From the human T2T-CHM13v2.0 reference genome, Homo sapiens: 64,000 bases of DNA. Position 1 is the stretch's first letter; each line of letters begins with the position of its first letter. The notes beneath the pieces are model-generated. The model was given only the letters and a program-made list of their open reading frames with translations. It was not told the DNA's origin and ran no database searches. Location of the stretch: the NCBI RefSeq assembly GCF_009914755.1, contig NC_060928.1, one strand, 5' to 3'. Positions 55,788-64,000 of the stretch are shown here, in pieces. The translations under genes and the position numbers were made by a program.

Positions 55788-56478
55788 CTAAGAAACAAGA
55801 ACATGGTAAGAAGGCGGATACAAGTAGAACCAGGAACTTCACCAGATGGAATTACAATCTCTGAAATGGAATTCTATGTTTATTTAAAAAAAAACTTTAT
55901 TGCATAAGAAACATTGCATTTTGCATATTCTATCTTCCTCATAATACCACATTTTCTGAGCAGCACATTTTGAATGATTAAAGATCAGACAGATCCAAAG
56001 TAATAATTGCAATGAATGGCAAAAGATGCTAACAGCCTTTAAAAATATTTATGAAATGTCACCAGGATTTTCCATCTCTACTAATTTCCATCCACTACTC
56101 CACTCTGTAAATATAAGTATAAATGCCATAAAGGGATCTTTTGTTTCTCTTCAATTTCTGCAATGCTAAAAAAGGAAAAAGAAAGAAAAAAGAAAAAAAG
56201 TCTTCAGTAAAATCAGATTTAAACCATTGTCAAAACCTTGGTTGGTGTTTTTGTAGTTCAAGTCAATTTAAAACTGCAAAAGAAGGAGGGGAAGGATAAG
56301 GAAATAAATTAATTGTGCTAAAAACTGCTTCTTGCATCCTAAAAGCATTAAAATGCAATGAGCAGGCAGATGGATGGGGAGTGGGGGTGAAAGAGCTTGA
56401 GGAAGGTAAGTAGAGAACATATAACTGTATATTTAGGTGAGCAGAATTCTGCTCAAAGAGGAATAATGAAGGATATAC

Positions 56479-56571
56479 CTGTGTGTCAGAGGGAGAGGCT
56501 GCAGGTGGATGGCTGGGAAGGGCAGTAGGAGTTTTGTTACTCCAGGTAGTGACAGTAGGGGCAATTCTAAC
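56479..56571 (-). CDS. SEC31A: SEC31A alternative cassette exon, 93 nt (VRIAPTVTTWSNKTPTALPSHPPAASPSDTQ)
   Basis: ttcag|GTT ... CAG|GTATAT; phase 0-0 and frame-preserving; Pro/Ser/Thr-rich like its neighbours. Confidence 0.85.
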
Positions 56572-57255
56572 CTGAATTGAACAAAGAAATACCAATCACA
56601 GAAAATAAAAAATGAAAACGTTAAAAGAAGAAAAAAACCCCAAAAGGTATTAATAGCCAGATGCAAAGCCAAAGGTAAGATTGGCAAGATAACATACATT
56701 AGTCAGGCAACTGCTTTCAAGGTAGCTGGAATTCCCAAAAAAACAAAACAAAACAACAACAACAAAAACCACACAATCACAATGAAACAGGGAGAGGAAG
56801 GCAGGAGAAAAATCAATATGAAAACCTAAATCAAAGCACAAGAACAATGCCATTCAAGTGTCAATTATAAGTGGGTAAAGTGAGGCTTTGTAAGTAGAGA
56901 AGGAAAAAAGACATTCCAGGAAAAAAAAAAGTAATTGAGTAAAAAAGTGATTTTTTTTTTGGAAGCATTAATAGTATTCAAGCTACTACTTATCTACAAA
57001 CACAGTGGTATAAGCTCTCTTTTCTGGATTTCATTACAGCCACAAAAGTCATATCAGTCCAATATGAAGCTTAAAACTCATACAATCAGAGTATTAAAGC
57101 TGAATATTAAAGATCTTCCAGTCTAATCCCCACCCTTTATTGCTGACAAAACCAAGGCCCAGAGAAGTGAAGGGACCGTACAACTCAATGGTGATTCCAA
57201 GTCACCTGATTTCCAGGCCAGTGTTTTCTATACTACACCATGTTGCTTGCCCTAG

Positions 57256-57580
<325 letters not shown>

Positions 57581-57644
57581 TGTTTGTTTTTTTAAGCCAT
57601 CAAAATCCTTTTTGTCAAGTAAATCTTTGCAGAAACTCCAAAAC

Positions 57645-57645
<1 letters not shown>

Positions 57646-57692
<47 letters not shown>
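57646..57692. repeat. (TAA)n microsatellite, about 15 units
   Basis: Direct reading; abuts the Tigger TA target site. Confidence 0.95.
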
Positions 57693-58493
<801 letters not shown>

Positions 58494-60083
58494 TAAAGGC
58501 AAAGCTGCGCTGGTCAAAGTGGAAGTGCAAGTCCTCCTGATCTGGCCTCTCTCACCCCCTTGCCTCTGCCTGTTAACACTGCATTAAAACCACAAGCCAC
58601 TGTCCTCATTCATTCAGTACATCTTAAGCTTTAATCAAGAAAATCACTGCTTTATTTACGATTCACTTTGTCTTTTCCTACAAGTGTAAGATTGGTAAAT
58701 CAAAGTATAACAAATCTTTCAATGTTTTTATCTTTTTCAAGAAAGAAAAAGCTAAGGACATAAAGAGCAAATATTCTCTTTTCCTAATGTAGAGCTTGCC
58801 TTGCTTCAGTACCTGACAGGTAGCTTGGTTTAACAAGACGCTTGGGAGTTCTAATCCCAACTTGGCCGGTAACCAGCCATGCAACGCTGAGAAATTCAAG
58901 CTCTGTGTCTTCAGTTCTGGTGGGTTGCTTGACATCTCTGCTTCTCAGTTTTCCCAGCCATCATCTGTTCTGCCCTACCTATGTCACAGACTAAGTCTAG
59001 TGCAATCTCCATGAAGGGGGGAATTTACTCTGTTTTGTTCATAACTATACCCCCACAGCAGCCAGAGCAATGCCAGGCACTCATGGCAGGGTCTTAAAAA
59101 AATATTTGTCAAATGAATGAAAAAAGTCAAAATAGAGAGTATTCTAGAGAGTTAACAGTTATATTCAAATGTAATCTATCCTGATTTAGTAGTACCAAAC
59201 AAAAACATAACAGACAAAAGGGCATTAATTTTTTTTGTTTTTCAAGATTTTATATTTACTTTTGCTATAACAAAATGTAAAAAGACTCCATCAATCCTAT
59301 CAGCAATTTGTTCTATTTTAAAATAGGCAGAGTACCTGTTAACTTTGCTATCAATCAAGACCATTTATTACCTATGGAAAAAATATTCTTCATTTAAGTA
59401 CATGAAGGTTATCTGCTGGTCTGGAAATATGGAAGTTTCCATGTGAAACAGTAAAAAATAGTAAGAAGCCACATTTTATGACACCAAACATTTGGTAATT
59501 TAAATAAAATTATTAGTTCTTTTCACATTCCACATAATCTAAAATTTCACAAACCTTTGGTCATTCATTTTTCTCTAATATCTAAATTGTCCAAAAAAAA
59601 AAAAAAAGTCTGTATTCTGGATACACTTCATATTGTGCAAATACAGAATACACTAAGCCTAAACCTATACTAATGATTAAGAATACTCAAAAAATACTAT
59701 CTTCTAAAAATATTTTATAAAACAACCAAATCACCAAGATTTTTCCTGCTACTTTACAGCTTGTTAGATGAATCAAATAGAAATTTTAATAGTAGATGTA
59801 CATGTTTAAGTGAACTTTGAGTGACAGAGAAATAGAACAAATCTCCCTAGAGAACTTAAAACCAATTCATATTTAAAATATAATCTGTTTGACTAAATGA
59901 GAGAGATGATTTCAAAAAGTAGATCACAAATACAACTTCAAGATTCTAGAAAATAGATCTATTATAACAATATATTGTCTAGTTTTACCATATCAGAGAA
60001 GGTCTCCTGCTGAACAAATGAAAACCACCAATTTGAAGAGAAATACAAAAGTGTTCCTACTTCATCTGGACCATATCACTCAC

Positions 60084-60257
60084 ATGGGGATAATATTGTT
60101 GAGTTTGAACTCTTGGCATCTGGTGGTGGCCAGCAACTGGTCCAGGCCTGCCCTTGGGGAGCTGCTGTTTCTCGTACGGAATTTTAGGTGATTCATGTCC
60201 TGCTACAGGCTCTCCTTGTGCTCTACAAAGTCTGTCACGAAGCTGCATGATATTTGG
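60084..60257 (-). CDS. SEC31A: SEC31A coding exon, 174 nt (PNIMQLRDRLCRAQG...QQYYPH)
   Basis: ttttag|CCA ... CAT|GTGAGT; phase 0-0. Confidence 0.96.
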
Positions 60258-60612
60258 CTAAAAAGGATTGGAAAAACAGCAGACTGTTGAGAGTTCACCC
60301 AGGTATATGACAGCATGTTAATTTTCTTAATCAGATTATTCATCAAGATATCCCTTTTTGTTCATAATGCTGGGTATTATACAATAGACCCTGACACACA
60401 GATTTGACATTGTGCTTTCTACTACTCAAGACTGGCACCAAAGGTCCATGACATACAGTGCAACTTGTAATTTAACTGAGGCAGAGATCTGAGTTATACC
60501 TACCTCATGGTTACTATGCAAGACCAATATCACTTATTACTACTCTTTTGATGTTTTCTTGTGGTTACCTAATGCTCATAAATTACAAAACTACTTTAAA
60601 AACTATAACTAA

Positions 60613-60958
<346 letters not shown>

Positions 60959-62711
60959 TTATTGAAGAAAATGGTGATTTAAGAAAGAGATGAAAATGTT
61001 AAAAGAGATTTTTGAAATAAAGATTAAGATGTGAAATTCAGATCTGTAGCTCATACAGATCTACATGCATAGAGACTTACAAAAGTATGAGGTGACCCTA
61101 TATATGCTCTAAGTATTAACAAATAACAAAAAGGCAATGTGTTAAAATGTTTCAGCAAGATTTTAGTATCTTTAAAAATTATACATTCCTATATATTTGT
61201 TAAAGGTTTAAAGGGATCATTTAAATGTTTTAGGCATATTTTATTTGCCTTTTGGGGGGGAGAATTATATATTACAATGCTATCACAAAGTCTCAGGACG
61301 TATTCCCCCCACCAAAAAAGGCAGGGTCTACTGAGATAAATAGGAAACAACATCAAAATTATGCTTTTTGGCCTAAAGAATGTTCTTTAAAGTCCAAAAA
61401 AAAAAAAGCATGAAGAATAATGTATAGAAAATGGATGTGCTTATAAATGGTACTGAAAATGAATTAAGCTAGATGAGCTACGGGTCTTAAAGCAAATTAG
61501 TCTTAAGATAAAGGTTCTTATAATATACCTCAATATAACTATTCACTTATAACTTTTTACTTATTAGGTAAAAAGTCTTAACAAAACTAGTATGCCAAAG
61601 TCACCATAAAGGAAAAGATTATGTATCAGCTATTCTATCTAACATTCCCATCAACAATTCAGAAACAAATGAGATGGATCTTACAGCTAAGTGTATACAA
61701 AACCAACTAGAGAGTCCTACCTCCATAGTCCTGGAGAATATTATGTACTTTTACTCAATGAAATTTATCAATAATTCTCTAAAACAGACAAAATACTAGA
61801 AACAATTGACTAAAAAAATACATAAAATACAGAATAAAGTGATTAATAAAAAAGTACAGAGACAAGACTGTATCTGCAAGGCTCAAAATCAAGCTCCATC
61901 AGACACAAAATGCAGATATATTGTTGTGGAAAAGTTTCCTCAAACCTCACCCGTACTTTTACCCATGCTCCATAACTGGGTTTGGGTTTCCCTTTGTTGG
62001 GTTCCACAGCACCAATACCCTTATCACAGTACTTATATCACACTTCTGGAATCTCATGTTTACTTGTCCATAGCCAAATTGAGTTTGGAGGCTTCCTAGA
62101 GGAAGGATCTTGGCAATCTTATTCACCATTCTATACCCACTTGTTGAATTGAATTGAAACAAGTACAGTTTTGCCCAAGTTTTATTGTGCAATAAGTAAG
62201 GACAATCTAATTAGTTCCCTCTGCTCTGAATACATAAAAATATACTTGCCCACAGACAGTATCAAACTAAAATGGCATACAGAATGAACTTCAATACTAT
62301 CTGGGATGGAACATATGGGATTTTAAAAATGTTAACAACTCCATTTGTTTGATTAAACATTAACATTTATAGCTTTTTGACATAAAATATTCCTACAAAG
62401 AACTTTGTATGAAGAATCAGCATTTGGCTTTAGAAATAAAAAGTTGGTCTTTTCCCTGTTCATTTTCCTAAAATACTATGTCGGTACAAAGGAATCTATC
62501 GCACTGCAAGATTATCCTATCTCTCTAACACAGCTTAGATACACCTAAAATGATCCCTGAAGAATTGTCAATAACATTTACCTGCAGTCAGGTTACAGAA
62601 ATTCAACTGCTCCAAAACATTCTACCTACTAATATGTTTACATCTAATGCTAAGTGTTATCTACTGGACTCACCTTACTCAAACATTACAAAAATGGTCA
62701 ATTCTAATTAC

Positions 62712-62885
62712 CTGGTTGGTGTTGTCAGGAAGAAAAGCCAAGGCTGCAGCAATACTGCCCTGAGCTGCCAACAAATTGGCATACTGACTCATCTTCGCAG
62801 CCAAGAGAACTCCTACAGTACTAGTGTCCATGGCTTGAGTGAGTTGCACAGCTTTTCGCAGGATGACAACTTTCTCAATCAGATC
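62712..62885 (-). CDS. SEC31A: SEC31A coding exon, 174 nt (DLIEKVVILRKAV...YANLLAAQG...PDNTNQ; alpha-solenoid end)
   Basis: catttag|GAT ... CAG|GTAATT; phase 0-0; the nine constitutive exons sum to 1509 nt (502 aa plus stop). Confidence 0.96.
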
Positions 62886-63249
62886 CTAAATGAAAAAAAT
62901 GAGTAACAAACAGAAATATCAAGACCATGTATGAGAGGAAGCAGGAAAAGATCAAGAGTTACTAAGATTTCTAAAACCCACTAAAAATATAGTACCTGTT
63001 ATCATCCCTCCTAGAAAAGTACAGCCACTATTTAGGTAAGTGAAAAAGTAGTAAGGAGGAAGAAGGCCTCTTACTTATGGATAGGGTAGGATAGGAAGGT
63101 TACCACCTTTTCCTAAATATCCTTAAGCTACCAGATACTTGTCTAGTGAGCTAAAACAGGCAAATACTCAAAGTGAAAATGATAGGCAGATGTCTAAAGG
63201 TAGAAACTGTGTTCTAGCCTGTATGGGAGGAACTATGAGTGAAAATATC

Positions 63250-63597
63250 TGATATGGTTTGGTTGTGTCCCCACCCAAATCTCATCTTGAATTCTAGCTC
63301 CCATAATCCCCATGTGTCATGGGAGAAACCCAGTGGGAGGTAATTGAATCATGGGTCAGGTTTTTCCAGTGCTGTTCTCTTGACAGTGATCTGATGGTTT
63401 TATAAAGGGCAGTTCCCCTGCACATGCTCTCTTGCCTGCCACCATGTAAGACGTGCCTTTGCTCCTCCTTCACCTTGAGCCATGACTGTGAGGCCTCCCC
63501 AGTCATGTGGAACTGTGAGTTCATTAAACCTCTTTTTCTTTATAAACTACCCAGTCTTGGGTATTTCTTCATTGCAGTATGAAAATGGACTAATACA
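63250..63597 (+). mobile_element. THE1 (probably THE1D) solo LTR
   Basis: tgatatggtttgg...ccacccaaatctcatcttgaatt to gaaaatggactaataca; 5-bp TSD atatc/acatc. Confidence 0.92.
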
Positions 63598-64000
63598 ACA
63601 TCACACCATCTATCCTATAAAAATAGTACTACTATGAGGTGACCCATAGACAGAGGCATGTGATTTCCAAAGGAGTTTACTATTTTAACTCAAAGCTCTC
63701 ATGTGCCATTCAATACCAAATCTTTCCACAATGGGGAGCTATGCTTCTGGTAGAAAGCAGAAGGATAGCCTACCTTTCTGCCTTTCCTAAGTGCATAAAT
63801 CCAAAAGGGTAAAACAAGTGTTTTTCTCTGAGAAGCTCTTAAAAGGAAAACCTTGATTTCCTACCCATTTTTTTTGTTTCAATAGAGTGATCTTTAAAGC
63901 ACTGACTCTGTTGAGAAAATCTCTTTCCAGAAAGAGAAATATTATATGGTAAAATTATCATAAGCCTCTTTGATTTAAATGCTTAGAAAAAAATATCTAA

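Noticed and set aside
62550-62906. 118-aa + strand ORF
   Set aside because: Antisense shadow of a SEC31A exon

Overview
Primate (human-like) genomic DNA with two genes on the minus strand in tandem. Left part: SCD5 (stearoyl-CoA desaturase 5), with its CpG-island promoter, 5'UTR, coding exon 1 (9526-9757) and the start of intron 1. Right part: the last nine constitutive coding exons of SEC31A (COPII outer coat; 502 C-terminal residues including the ALG-2-binding PPPPGF motif and the WNDPP Sec23-GAP-stimulating fragment), two recognisable cassette exons (93 nt and 39 nt), tandem alternative donors and a 3'UTR with two poly(A) signals. The rest is mostly Alu, L1, L2, MIR, Tigger, MER and THE1 repeats, which explain nearly all other ORFs in the track. 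I see no convincing wholly new biological system. The most unusual observations are a short upstream ORF in the SCD5 leader that echoes the SCD5 N-terminus (PATDAG) with synonymous codons, a candidate 24-nt in-frame SEC31A microexon, a distant-branch-point architecture at the 93-nt exon, and several readable insertion and repair scars in repeats. Exon boundaries were read base by base; repeat boundaries and subfamilies are approximate.
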